Below are positions 39,903 to 50,223 of a DNA stretch of 64,000 nucleotides, one piece after another. Source of the stretch: a virus; the IMG/VR virus record IMGVR_UViG_3300025141_015211, positions 18,589 to 82,588 of that record. One strand, written 5' to 3'. The translations under genes were made by a program, and so were the position numbers. Positions within the stretch are counted from its first letter, which is position 1; each line of letters starts with the position of its first letter. The notes under the pieces are model-generated. The model saw only the letters and a list, made by a program, of their open reading frames with translations. It did no database searches and had not been told where the DNA came from.

Positions 39903-40470
39903 TTTTTACGCTCACTACTACATTTGTTTCATCATGGTGGTGCCAACACCTGGGCTCATACATGTCAGACCCACCCACAGCAATCTCACTTAAGTCTTTA
40001 TTCTTCTTATATGTGTAGTACGCATCCCGCCCGCAGGTAACACAAACCGCAGGACACTTTTTAATTTTTGTTGCCCAAGGCATTAATTTTTCAATTTCTT
40101 CAAATGGTTTCAATGTCGCAGAAAGATCCAAAGAAGAAATGATTATTGTTTTTCCAGACTTAAATAAGTTTATTAGTATGTCTGCAACGCCATCTATCAT
40201 GAATGCTTCATCTATTGCAATAACGTCAACTTGTTCTGGGTAATTATTTATAAACTTCATAATATCATACCCATCTCTAATAACATGGGCATCTATTGAT
40301 CCCCCATTATGTGTAACTATCTTGCTAATTGAGTATCTATCGTCAAGCTTAGGCTTGAAAGCAATAACATTCTTGTTTTGATATCTGTATCTATCAATTG
40401 CGCCTAGAAGATTAGTAGTCTTTGACCCGAACATAGGGCCAGTAAATATAACTAGTTCAGGTGTGTTCAC
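39895..40470 (-). CDS. tdk: thymidine kinase
   Basis: GPMFGSKTT, IDEA, C..C, VGGSDMYEPRC. Confidence 0.92.
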   Translation of the reverse strand: MNTPELVIFTGPMFGSKTTNLLGAIDRYRYQNKNVIAFKPKLDDRYSISKIVTHNGGSIDAHVIRDGYDIMKFINNYPEQVDVIAIDEAFMIDGVADILINLFKSGKTIIISSLDLSATLKPFEEIEKLMPWATKIKKCPAVCVTCGRDAYYTYKKNKDLSEIAVGGSDMYEPRCWHHHDETNVVVSVKNA

Positions 40471-40918
40471 TAATAACCTCTAATAAATCTTCAATGTCTT
40501 CTGACTCACGCTCATAATCGTCTATAACCCTCACAGGTTTGTCTCCACTATGATTACCTATTTCAATAATTTCACTGTCTTCTAGTGCAATTATACGATA
40601 TGGGCAGTCTGATTGTACAAGCAATGCATCACCTGGCCCTAAGGTTTCTGTTTGTAAGGGATTTGCAACTGGGTCTGAGAATGTACACTCATTTCCAAAT
40701 AAAACCTCTACTTTTCCAATTGTCAAATAAAGAACTTCCGCCTTTAACTTATGAAACTTTAGGCTTGTTCTCTTTCCTTTTGAAACAGTCAAAATCTTTC
40801 CGTGTATACCACCGAATCCTGCCCAGACTTTTTCAGTCCCCCAAGGTTTTGTTATGATTTCATCTTTTCCACGTGTTACCCATGCAGTTTTAAGATGCTT
40901 TTTAGTCCTATACTTCAT
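40457..40918 (-). CDS. cupin (sugar-phosphate isomerase-like)
   Basis: KPWG.E, SLKFH..K.E, cupin strands. Confidence 0.75.
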   Translation of the reverse strand: MKYRTKKHLKTAWVTRGKDEIITKPWGTEKVWAGFGGIHGKILTVSKGKRTSLKFHKLKAEVLYLTIGKVEVLFGNECTFSDPVANPLQTETLGPGDALLVQSDCPYRIIALEDSEIIEIGNHSGDKPVRVIDDYERESEDIEDLLEVISEHT

Positions 40919-41912
40919 CTAGGCCCCACCACTCAATAGTGCGGTCAAGCCCATCCCAAAATTTAACAAGCGGCTCATACCCAAGATCTTCTGTTATTTT
41001 AGAAATATCTGCCTGAGTGTGCATAACATCGCCAGGTCGCCAAGGTGCATCAAGCACGACAGCATGATGAAATTTTCCTGTCAAATATTTTAAAATTTCA
41101 GCATTTGATGTTCTGTCTCCACAAGATACATTATAACATTCGCCTAAGAATCTCTTACTTGACTCTGCTGCAAGCATATTGGCATGAACAGCATTGTCAA
41201 TATAACAAAGGTCTCTTGACTGAGAGCCGTCGCCGTCGCTCCTTAGAGGTTGACAGTGTTTAATTGCATGACACCATGCTGACACTGCAGTTGAATATGG
41301 CGAATCTCCATATTGCCCAGGACCAAACACATTAAAGTATCTCAAACATACAATGTCTAAATCGTATAGTTCACCAAAAATCTTTGCCATGTCCTCTATC
41401 GCGCTTTTTTGCCAAGCATAAGGCGATTTTGGCCCTTTTTCACTAGACTCTTTAGTAGGTAATGCAGCTGTTCCACCGTAAACTGATGATGAAGATGCCC
41501 ACACAATTCTATTAACATTGTCACGACAAGCTTCAAAAAGACGAGTTGTTCTTAAAATGTTTACCTCTGTTGTTCTAGCAGGATTCTCTACTGAGTACAA
41601 AACACGTGGGATCGCTGCCTGATGAAAGACTACATCGTACTGTTTATTTTGTATTCGATCAATCACACCATCATGTGTAAAATCACCCTGCAACACAAGT
41701 AATGTATCATTAGTTCTATTATATCCTGAATCATCAAATTGATCCAGTAGATCTAACGGTACAACTCGCATATTGCAGCCTTCAAGCAATTCAAGATGTC
41801 CGTTTGACATATCATCTACTATGTCAACACACCAACCGCTGCTTAAAAGTTTTCGTGAAAGGTTTGACCCTATAAATCCACAGCCGCCTGTGACTAAAGC
41901 TCTCTTGTTCAT
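40908..41912 (-). CDS. NAD-dependent NDP-sugar epimerase/dehydratase
   Basis: VTGGCGFIGS, SSSSVYG, YAWQK, LRYFNVFGP. Confidence 0.92.
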   Translation of the reverse strand: MNKRALVTGGCGFIGSNLSRKLLSSGWCVDIVDDMSNGHLELLEGCNMRVVPLDLLDQFDDSGYNRTNDTLLVLQGDFTHDGVIDRIQNKQYDVVFHQAAIPRVLYSVENPARTTEVNILRTTRLFEACRDNVNRIVWASSSSVYGGTAALPTKESSEKGPKSPYAWQKSAIEDMAKIFGELYDLDIVCLRYFNVFGPGQYGDSPYSTAVSAWCHAIKHCQPLRSDGDGSQSRDLCYIDNAVHANMLAAESSKRFLGECYNVSCGDRTSNAEILKYLTGKFHHAVVLDAPWRPGDVMHTQADISKITEDLGYEPLVKFWDGLDRTIEWWGLDEV

Positions 41913-41931
41913 TTTTTACTCCTCTTGTATT

Positions 41932-42840
41932 CTAACTCAAAATATGAGCAGAGTTTAAGTTAAATCTCATCCTAACTGAATCTTTTAAATTGTTCAAGCC
42001 TAATGACAAAAAGACAGAAGACGCGAGATAATATAAAAATTTCAAATCATACCTGAAAGTTTCAGCAACTTCTGAAGACCTCAATACAAAATGCATGTCA
42101 AGTATATTTTCTCTGTATGATGCGTGTATTAAAGATATGCATGTATCATCTGTATAGATAAATCTTCTTGAGTAAGCTGTCTCAACACGATTGTATGGGT
42201 TCTTGCCTGCCAGTTCATTTTGTATTGTCTGTGTCAAAGCTGACAAAATCCTTTCATAGTACTCTTTTTCAGGCTCATACTCCATTACGTTAGCGTCTGC
42301 TTCTAAGAACTTGCCATCGTCATAAATTGTAAAACATAGTGGTGATGCTTCATAGCCGTTAGACGAACTTGCATAATCAAACACCATTTTTGATATCTCG
42401 TCTAAAGAAGCTGTTTCAGTTGATGCAAAGTCTTTTGCGACTTTTTTTGCAATACTATGTGTCGTGTCTCTTATAACTAAAACATTTGGTAATCTTTCTA
42501 AGCGCTCTGCGTAATTTGTAAATTCAGCATGGAGGACTTTTATATTTTCTAAACTCTGGATTTCATCGCCACGGGCTTCATAGCGTGCCTGTATCACATC
42601 AAATTCTGGCAATAATATTACCAACTTATTGTTCATGTTGAGAATTTCTCTTTTAAAATTTTCATTATGAAAAAAGTAATCACGACTGTATTGCTTGGCA
42701 TGTATTAGCATGGAAAGGCATGACCTGTCATGTATGTTCCAAGCATAAGACGTAGCTTTGTGCAACGACGAATAAAGTGTAGTCTTGCCTGATAGATCTG
42801 GCCCTTCTAATAGAATGTAATTTATTGGAAAACGTGTCAT
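41932..42840 (-). CDS. fusion of dNMP kinase and minimal thymidylate-synthase-fold (dCMP-type) domain
   Basis: EGPDLSGKTT and DRS; SRR, C, LRSS, YDL, SAHI. Confidence 0.7.
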   Translation of the reverse strand: MTRFPINYILLEGPDLSGKTTLYSSLHKATSYAWNIHDRSCLSMLIHAKQYSRDYFFHNENFKREILNMNNKLVILLPEFDVIQARYEARGDEIQSLENIKVLHAEFTNYAERLERLPNVLVIRDTTHSIAKKVAKDFASTETASLDEISKMVFDYASSSNGYEASPLCFTIYDDGKFLEADANVMEYEPEKEYYERILSALTQTIQNELAGKNPYNRVETAYSRRFIYTDDTCISLIHASYRENILDMHFVLRSSEVAETFRYDLKFLYYLASSVFLSLGLNNLKDSVRMRFNLNSAHILS

Positions 42841-42844
42841 CTTT

Positions 42845-45800
42845 CTATACTACCAAGGGTTTCATTTTTGCCCCTGAGGTGCTTGCACCCCACTGACCAT
42901 CATTCTTGACATCAGCAATCCATATTGTAAAAGGGCTTGCTTCTTTTGGCAAGAATCCCCATACCCTAAGCCAGGCTGATGCGTTTTGATCATCACAAAT
43001 TCTTAATCTATAAAATGTCTTACCTGTCTTTGTTTTCTTTTTTATAATTTCTTGTATGCAAAACCAAGCCACATCCCTTGTATCACCTGATAGTGTTGTA
43101 ACAGCAGGTATTTCTGCTCTTTCAATTTTACCAAGCACACCATCTGGATATAACAAGTCTTGCGGGACAGATGATGTTAATTCATAATACATTTCTAGCA
43201 TTTCTGACCTTGACCAATCTTGTTCTTCGAGCGTGTCTTCAATGAGCTTAGGTAGTATTAATTGTGCGCCACTTTTCAATGCTTGACGTGCAGTCATACC
43301 ATGCTGACCTTTTCTTAATTGCTCATAGTTTTCAATAATAATTTTATGTAACTGCTTATGATTTTTTATTCTGCCCATTTCAAAATCATCCAAAGAATAG
43401 AAAGCGCTAATTTTGCACAAAGAAGCAAAACAAGTTTTGTTCATTTTAGAATGTTTCCACTTGCCATTCTCGTCGTAAAGCATATCTTGCAAGCTTTTAT
43501 AAGGCCGCATTATCATGATCTCATTAACAGCATTTATACCGACACCCTTGACGGAAGATAACGGGGGTACAAATGATGATTTATCTTCTGAATAAATCCA
43601 TTCATCACCCGAATAATTGATATCAGCAGGCGCAAACTCATACCCCATTTGCTTAATTTCACCAATTGTTTTTACCATTGCCTTAGGGTTGCTATTTTCT
43701 GATTGTAGAATTGTGGCCAACCAAAGTTTTTCATGATGCGTGTGAAGCCACGCCGCATAGTAAGAGTCAATTGCATAAGCAACAGCATGTGACTTGTTAA
43801 ACCCATACACGCTGAAAAATTCAATTCTATCAAACAACTTATGTAGTGAATCCTCAGGTAGGTCATGCAATTCTTTTGCGCCTTCTACAAATTTTTTCCG
43901 AAGTTCGTCTCTCTCTGCGCCCTTTTTACCCATTGTGTCAAGAGACTTTTTAACCAACGTCTTGCGCATTTTATCAGACTCTCCTGGTGTAAAGCCTGAT
44001 AGTTTTTGTGCAAGCAGCATAAACTGCTCTTGAAAAGTGATATGACCAAATGTTGATCCCAATATCTCTTCGATTACTGGATGGTCATACTGAATACTAT
44101 TTGCATTTTTCTTATCTTTGACATATTTTTTATGAACATTCGCACGCAATGGACCAGGTCTATAAATTGCAGTTAATGCTGCAAGTTCTTCGATTGAAGT
44201 AGGCTTAGCTTCTTCACAGAAATTTCTTGCGCCTTCGGCCGTAAATTGAAACACTCCTGTCTTTCTACGCTGGTGATAAACATGCTTCCACACTTTTTCA
44301 TCATCTTGTTGATTAAACCTACAATTTAAGTGTTCATCAAAGTATTCTTTGATTTGTAAAAATGTCGGACTCGTATTGCCAGACGCTTTAAGAATACGCC
44401 TAATACAGTTCTCTACATCCTTAAGTAGTGTTAGACCTAGAAAATCAAACTTAATAAAACCGTTATCTTCCAAGTTTCTAAAGTTCATACCTTCAGTCCA
44501 GGGCGTCTGGAGCTCGCCACGAACACCTACAAGGGGCATTGTCTTTTCAAGCTCTTCAGCAGGCGCAATGATCACTCCGCCAGCATGTCGACCAATACTT
44601 CTATTTTGCATAAACAACGCTTCGATGTGATCCTTAACTTTAGGGTACTTTTCCATGAACGACTGATATCGACTAGAATGTTGCATGCAATCTTCATGCT
44701 TTAAGACAAAGACAGACTTTTCTGTATTTTCATCTCTAACACAAGGCATTACTTCATTTTGGAGTGGGCCAGTAACAGCATTAATTTCATCGAACGGTAC
44801 ATCATAGAACTTAGCAATATCTTTGACAAGTGATTTAAGTTTTAGGGTGTTAAAGTTAGACACAGGAATGACAGCGTCATCGCCATACAACTCTCTAGCT
44901 GCATCAATCAGCGCATCGCGATCACCTGCGTCAGAATCAATGTCAGGCCAAGATGTTCTGTGACGTCCCAAAAAGCGGTCCCACAGCAACCCGTACGGTA
45001 GCGGGTCGAGTTGTGTAATCCCTAGGAGGTAATTTACCAAGCTACCGCCGCCAGAACCACGTGCAGGACCGAACAGAGTCCGATCTTCAGCCTTGTGGAA
45101 GACTTGGTACATTGTCAGGAAGTAATTTTCAAAGCCTAGAAATTTAATATCTTCTAATTCGGTTTTTGCACGTGCAACATACTCCGGCTTTAAGTGTAAC
45201 TCTGATTCTACCATCCCCTTTTTTACAAGGTCGACAAGCTGATCAAATGCTGTCTTAGCAGGCGTATTAAAGTTTGGCAGTTTGACTGATTGATCGATCC
45301 ATGTGTCTTCACACATTTCCCAGGCTATATCGTGTGTACGTTCAATGGCATCACAAATCAGTTGATCTTGCCCTTTATAAAACTCATGTTTGTCGCGGTG
45401 GAGTAGATACTCATCCCACATTTGAGAAGCATTTTTAGGATACAGCTCACACTTTAGATCATCAAACTCAGGTAGCGGAGAAGGATCATTCCCCATCCAC
45501 CCGAGCTTTTTATAGAGCTCCCTTGCTTCCCACTTATCTGGACCGTAGTAGTGAGAATCAGCTGTAGCAATCAACGGCACGCCCGTTGCATTGTGAAGCT
45601 GTATTAGGTGATTGTTTACCTTATGTTGTGCTTCAAGACGATTAAATTGAAGTTCTAAAAAGAAATTTTCGACGCCGACACATGATGTGAAACGATCCGT
45701 TAAATTCTGCAATTCCCTTTGAATCTCATCATGTGGCTTATTAAGTGCCTCGCCGCGTAAAACGCGGTTTGAGTATATTCCTCCCAAGCAGGCTGTAGAT

Positions 45801-46375
45801 ACAACTAGTCCTTCGCCATGTTCTTGAAGCATTTTAAAATCAATGCGCGGGAATCGGTAAAAACCATGCTTATAAGCTTTTTTGATTAGTGTAAAAAGGT
45901 TACCTAGACCAACTCTATTTTTGGCAACTACAACTAAGTGATAGCGGCGTTTCCACTCGTCCTTTTGAACATCAATTGTTTTGGTCTCGTCTTCATTTTC
46001 AACAGTGTGACCAGCAGCAACTACATCTTCATCGGCATCAATATCTGTTCTTTCCTTTGCCTTCTTTTCAGACTTAGCATCTCTAACGGCTTGCCTGTGG
46101 GCTTCATAGTCATTGCGCCAGTCTGAAAGTGAGGGGACAAAGTAGAACTCGCAACCGTAAAGCTGGCGATATTTTCTGCCTGCCTTTTGCATCTTTTCAG
46201 CATGCTTTCGTGCATGTGCCAGGCCTGAACCATTTCCATGATCTGTTAAAGCCCACGCATCCATTTCATTCTTTAAAACAAAATCTATGTGATCAGCAGG
46301 ATATCCTAGCCCGTCGAAAACTGAAAATCCCGTATGGGCATGCAAGCCTACAAATCTATTTGGTTTAATAATCAC
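42845..46375 (-). CDS. dnaE: DNA polymerase III alpha subunit (family C)
   Basis: PHP domain (LHAHT, TDHG), RGSGGGS, PDIDSD, HAGG, KFDFLGL, YGFNKSH, C-terminal OB fold. Confidence 0.96.
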   Translation of the reverse strand: MIIKPNRFVGLHAHTGFSVFDGLGYPADHIDFVLKNEMDAWALTDHGNGSGLAHARKHAEKMQKAGRKYRQLYGCEFYFVPSLSDWRNDYEAHRQAVRDAKSEKKAKERTDIDADEDVVAAGHTVENEDETKTIDVQKDEWKRRYHLVVVAKNRVGLGNLFTLIKKAYKHGFYRFPRIDFKMLQEHGEGLVVSTACLGGIYSNRVLRGEALNKPHDEIQRELQNLTDRFTSCVGVENFFLELQFNRLEAQHKVNNHLIQLHNATGVPLIATADSHYYGPDKWEARELYKKLGWMGNDPSPLPEFDDLKCELYPKNASQMWDEYLLHRDKHEFYKGQDQLICDAIERTHDIAWEMCEDTWIDQSVKLPNFNTPAKTAFDQLVDLVKKGMVESELHLKPEYVARAKTELEDIKFLGFENYFLTMYQVFHKAEDRTLFGPARGSGGGSLVNYLLGITQLDPLPYGLLWDRFLGRHRTSWPDIDSDAGDRDALIDAARELYGDDAVIPVSNFNTLKLKSLVKDIAKFYDVPFDEINAVTGPLQNEVMPCVRDENTEKSVFVLKHEDCMQHSSRYQSFMEKYPKVKDHIEALFMQNRSIGRHAGGVIIAPAEELEKTMPLVGVRGELQTPWTEGMNFRNLEDNGFIKFDFLGLTLLKDVENCIRRILKASGNTSPTFLQIKEYFDEHLNCRFNQQDDEKVWKHVYHQRRKTGVFQFTAEGARNFCEEAKPTSIEELAALTAIYRPGPLRANVHKKYVKDKKNANSIQYDHPVIEEILGSTFGHITFQEQFMLLAQKLSGFTPGESDKMRKTLVKKSLDTMGKKGAERDELRKKFVEGAKELHDLPEDSLHKLFDRIEFFSVYGFNKSHAVAYAIDSYYAAWLHTHHEKLWLATILQSENSNPKAMVKTIGEIKQMGYEFAPADINYSGDEWIYSEDKSSFVPPLSSVKGVGINAVNEIMIMRPYKSLQDMLYDENGKWKHSKMNKTCFASLCKISAFYSLDDFEMGRIKNHKQLHKIIIENYEQLRKGQHGMTARQALKSGAQLILPKLIEDTLEEQDWSRSEMLEMYYELTSSVPQDLLYPDGVLGKIERAEIPAVTTLSGDTRDVAWFCIQEIIKKKTKTGKTFYRLRICDDQNASAWLRVWGFLPKEASPFTIWIADVKNDGQWGASTSGAKMKPLVV

Positions 46376-46398
46376 TCTTGGTCCTTGTATTTATGTTT

Positions 46399-46428
46399 AT
46401 TATATCATAAGATAGTAAAAATTACACG
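46399..46428 (-). promoter_or_regulatory. promoter CGTGTAA-N17-TATAAT of the dnaE operon
   Basis: GTGTAA 46427-46422, TATAAT 46404-46399. Confidence 0.7.
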
Positions 46429-46454
46429 TTTTCATGACAATTATCTTTAATGCA

Positions 46455-47195
46455 CTATGCGTGTCGATGATGCATTTTACTCATCACGTCTGGGTGACTT
46501 TTTATTTCATTAATAGTTTTTACAGCTGTGTCAAACCAAAACTTTGCTATAAAATTTTGTCTATGATCTGCAAAAAATATATGCTTGATTCTACTAACAG
46601 CGCCTGTTTCTAATAGTCTCCACATCAGCAGATATTCAAGGCCTTCAACATCAATTTTCAAAATATCAATGTCTTTATCAAGTTCGAAAATATATCTTGT
46701 TAAATCAACAATCGCTACCTTGTGAGTCATACCTGGATCGTGATTAAATCGACCTGAAACTTCTGAAGCATCTGTCGATATCTTAAAGGGGAGCATTGAA
46801 GCGCCACCATTATCGTCATCTGGTGAGCCCTTAAAATAAAGATGCGCCTCATCGCAGTCTGTGTGTCCAACGGCGCAATCATGGAAAATTAAGTTTTGAT
46901 AGTTTGAAAATCTTTCTTTGATTGCGTTTACATGTATAGGGTTGGGCTCAAAAGCGTGCACTTCAGCCCCCAAAGACACATAATCTGCAATCTGATCTCC
47001 GTGACAAGAACCTAAATCAAGAATTACGCTATTCTTATCAAGCTCTAAAGCGCTAATAATCTCAGAGGTTGTCATATCATAAAAACTTTGATCTAGTGAC
47101 TCATCAACAAATAATGCTATTTTATCATAGTTTTCTATTATAGCTGCGTAGTCTTCAGTATCTAATAATCTTTCTCTATGTGTGTCATGCGTCAT
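46455..47195 (-). CDS. FkbM-family SAM-dependent methyltransferase
   Basis: LDLGSCHG, AFEPNP, LKIDVEG.E. Confidence 0.88.
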   Translation of the reverse strand: MTHDTHRERLLDTEDYAAIIENYDKIALFVDESLDQSFYDMTTSEIISALELDKNSVILDLGSCHGDQIADYVSLGAEVHAFEPNPIHVNAIKERFSNYQNLIFHDCAVGHTDCDEAHLYFKGSPDDDNGGASMLPFKISTDASEVSGRFNHDPGMTHKVAIVDLTRYIFELDKDIDILKIDVEGLEYLLMWRLLETGAVSRIKHIFFADHRQNFIAKFWFDTAVKTINEIKSHPDVMSKMHHRHA

Positions 47196-47210
47196 CTAAA
47201 TAATTCTCTT

Positions 47211-48185
47211 TTAATAATATTCAGTCAAATCGATCTTCTTTTCTTTAGCATCGTTTAGGTATTTGAGTGGATTGTAATCGCCCATGGGTAAGTTTAATAA
47301 TGTTATCCAACTATTTTGTATACCACTGTCTAGTGAAATTCTGGGTGACCAACCTGAGATGTTTCTAAATTTTTCGCTTGATAAAATGTGATTGCCGAGA
47401 TAATCAGTTTCTGGGTGCCACTTAATAATTTTATTCACGTCAACGTTAACTACTTCAGATATTTTTGACACAATTTCTTGTGTGTTGTATGGATTTTCAG
47501 CAGAAACATTAAAGTCATCACACCACAGCCCTTTCGTGCACGCTAAAACAACAGCTTCACAAAAATCAACAACGTGCATGTAGTCCTTAATCTTTGTGGG
47601 ATCTAAAAACATATCTAAATCGCTCGAGTCTGTTAGGTGAGAATACAAAGTCTTAGCAATTAATGAATTCATATCACCATGACCACCGTAAGCAAAGAGA
47701 GGACGCACAATCATCCATTCATTACAGTTATGCTTAATAATCTGCTCTGCTGCAAGCTTTTGTATTCCATAGAATGTTTTAGGGTTTAACGCTGATAATT
47801 CAGTAATAGCACAATCTTGATAACTTTTTGTGTCGTATATTACTGTTGTACCTGTGTAGCAGACTGGTACGCCTACTTTGTTTGCTGCACGTGCTATTGT
47901 GTGTGTGCCCATAACATTACTTAATGTAGAAAACTCAGAGTTCAAGGCAACAACATCTGTACCTACTACAGCAGCATTGTGGATTAGCACATCAATCTTT
48001 TCAGCTGCCAATATACGTTCCCACTCTTTTTCAGAATTACCATAGACACATGGTTCTCCTGTGTCAATGCACACTAACCCTGTTTCATCACCCAGCAATG
48101 AAACGAATGTGTTGTCTGATTGTTCAATTGCCTTTGCAAGATTTGTGCCGATGAAACCTAGTTCACCTGTTATTGCAAATCTCAT
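47211..48185 (-). CDS. second NAD-dependent epimerase/dehydratase (extended SDR)
   Basis: ITGELGFIG, HNAA, YGIQK, DYMHV.D. Confidence 0.85.
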   Translation of the reverse strand: MRFAITGELGFIGTNLAKAIEQSDNTFVSLLGDETGLVCIDTGEPCVYGNSEKEWERILAAEKIDVLIHNAAVVGTDVVALNSEFSTLSNVMGTHTIARAANKVGVPVCYTGTTVIYDTKSYQDCAITELSALNPKTFYGIQKLAAEQIIKHNCNEWMIVRPLFAYGGHGDMNSLIAKTLYSHLTDSSDLDMFLDPTKIKDYMHVVDFCEAVVLACTKGLWCDDFNVSAENPYNTQEIVSKISEVVNVDVNKIIKWHPETDYLGNHILSSEKFRNISGWSPRISLDSGIQNSWITLLNLPMGDYNPLKYLNDAKEKKIDLTEYY

Positions 48186-48202
48186 ATTTTACCCTCGCAC
48201 AT

Positions 48203-48232
48203 AAAAAAACCCATGAGTAAAAATACTCATGG
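48203..48232 (-). terminator. intrinsic terminator after dnaK
   Basis: CCATGAGTA/TACTCATGG 9-bp stem followed by a T7 tract on the minus strand. Confidence 0.75.
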
Positions 48233-48254
48233 ATTTAAGATTTTACATCACAAA

Positions 48255-50153
48255 TTACGGTGATGCTTCTTCAAAGTCTGCATCAATTGTTTCAGTGCTT
48301 ACAACTGGATCAATTTCTAAATCTTGCCCTTGCTCATTTGCCTGAGCTTGCATTTGCATTTGCTGTGTAAAAATTGATACTTCAATCATTACTTTTTGAA
48401 TTTCATCAAGTGACACTTTGATCTCATCAATATTGTCGCCCAAGACTGCAGACTTTGCCCTCTCAAGTGTGGTAGATGCTAAGTCTTTAATGTGGGGTGA
48501 TAAAAAGTCATCTGCTTCTCTTGCCGCAGACTCAAGCTGATACATGTTAGAATCAAGCTCATTCTTTTTATCAATTAATGCACGCCTAGTCTCATCTTCT
48601 TCTCGATTTACTTCAGCATCTTCAATCATTTGACTAATTTCTTGTTCATCAAGGGCACCTGTGTCTTCAATCTTTATCGACTGTACTACACCTGTCGCCT
48701 TGTTCTTTGCTGAGACATTAACGATTCCATTAGCATCAATATCAAAAGTTACTTCGATTTGAGGCGCGCCTCTAGGTGCTGGGTCAATTCCTGTTAATTG
48801 AAAATTACCCAATGTTCTGTTGTCTTTAGCAAACTGTCGCTCACCTTGTAGTGCATGAATATCAACAGATTGTTGTCCATCTACAGCTGTACTAAACACT
48901 TCAGACCTACTACAAGGTATTGTTGTATTTCTTTCGATCAGGGTTGTCATAACACTACCTATAGTTTCAACACCGAGTGATAATGGTGTAACGTCAAGTA
49001 AAAGAATATCTTCAACGTCTCCTGAGAAAACACCGCCTTGGACAGCTGCACCTAGTGAAACAACTTCATCAGGATTTACAGAGTGATTTAACTTCTTTCC
49101 AAAAAACTTTTCAACTGCACTTCTCACTGCAGGAATGCGTGTTGATCCACCCACAAGGAGTACCTCATCAATATCACCTACTTTAAGCTTAGCATCATCT
49201 ATAGCCTTCTTAACAGGCGTCAGCGATGTTGCAATAAAAATCTCGACCATCTGATCAAACTTTGCACGTGTCAAGGTTATTGCAAGATGTTTGGGACCTG
49301 CTGAGTCAGCTGTCAAAAAGGGTAAATTAATATCTGTACTACTAGCAGAAGAAAGTTCAATCTTAGCTTTTTCTGCAGCATCTTTAAGACGCTGAATAAC
49401 AATATTGTCATGTCCAACATTTATGCCTGTGTCTTTTTCAAATTCTGAAACAAGCCAATCGATGATGAGCTGATCTACGTCATCACCTCCCAAATGTGTA
49501 TCACCATTTGTGCTTAAAACTTCGACTACACCATCAGAGATTTCCAAAATAGATATATCAAAAGTGCCGCCGCCGAGATCGTACACAGCAATCTTTTGTT
49601 CACCCTTTTTGTCCATACCGTAAGCAAGTGCAGCAGCAGTTGGCTCATTAATAATGCGTTTAACATCAAGCCCGGCAATTTTACCAGCGTCCTTAGTTGC
49701 TTGACGCTGAGCATCATTAAAATAAGCAGGGACTGTAATGACAGCATCAGTAATCTTAGTACCTAAATAGTCTTCAGCGCTACGCTTTAGCTTTTCAAGA
49801 ATAAGTGCACTCACTTGTTGTGGCGCATACTTCTTTTTACCTATTGCAAACTGGCATGAGCCGTCTCTTTTTCGTTTAATATCGTAAGGCATATTTTCAA
49901 CATGCTTCTTGACATCCTTAAATTTAGCACCCATAAATCGCTTTGAAGAAAATATAGTATTTTCAGGATTGACAATAGCTTGCCTCCGTGCTGTTTTCCC
50001 TACAAGGCGGGCATCATCTGGTGTAAAAGCAACAACAGATGGCGTCGTTCTGTCACCCTCTTCATTCACAATTACTTTAGGAATACCATTTTCGACTACT
50101 GCAACAGCAGAATTTGTCGTCCCTAAATCAATTCCTATTACTTTATTACTCAT
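48255..50153 (-). CDS. dnaK: Hsp70 chaperone DnaK
   Basis: GIDLGTTNS, TVPAYF, DLGGGTFD, NPDE.V. Confidence 0.97.
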   Translation of the reverse strand: MSNKVIGIDLGTTNSAVAVVENGIPKVIVNEEGDRTTPSVVAFTPDDARLVGKTARRQAIVNPENTIFSSKRFMGAKFKDVKKHVENMPYDIKRKRDGSCQFAIGKKKYAPQQVSALILEKLKRSAEDYLGTKITDAVITVPAYFNDAQRQATKDAGKIAGLDVKRIINEPTAAALAYGMDKKGEQKIAVYDLGGGTFDISILEISDGVVEVLSTNGDTHLGGDDVDQLIIDWLVSEFEKDTGINVGHDNIVIQRLKDAAEKAKIELSSASSTDINLPFLTADSAGPKHLAITLTRAKFDQMVEIFIATSLTPVKKAIDDAKLKVGDIDEVLLVGGSTRIPAVRSAVEKFFGKKLNHSVNPDEVVSLGAAVQGGVFSGDVEDILLLDVTPLSLGVETIGSVMTTLIERNTTIPCSRSEVFSTAVDGQQSVDIHALQGERQFAKDNRTLGNFQLTGIDPAPRGAPQIEVTFDIDANGIVNVSAKNKATGVVQSIKIEDTGALDEQEISQMIEDAEVNREEDETRRALIDKKNELDSNMYQLESAAREADDFLSPHIKDLASTTLERAKSAVLGDNIDEIKVSLDEIQKVMIEVSIFTQQMQMQAQANEQGQDLEIDPVVSTETIDADFEEASP

Positions 50154-50223
50154 TAATCACATCTCCTATCTGTTTTGCGTGATATGCATAAATTAAACAC
50201 AATTTTTACTAAGAAAACCCTTT

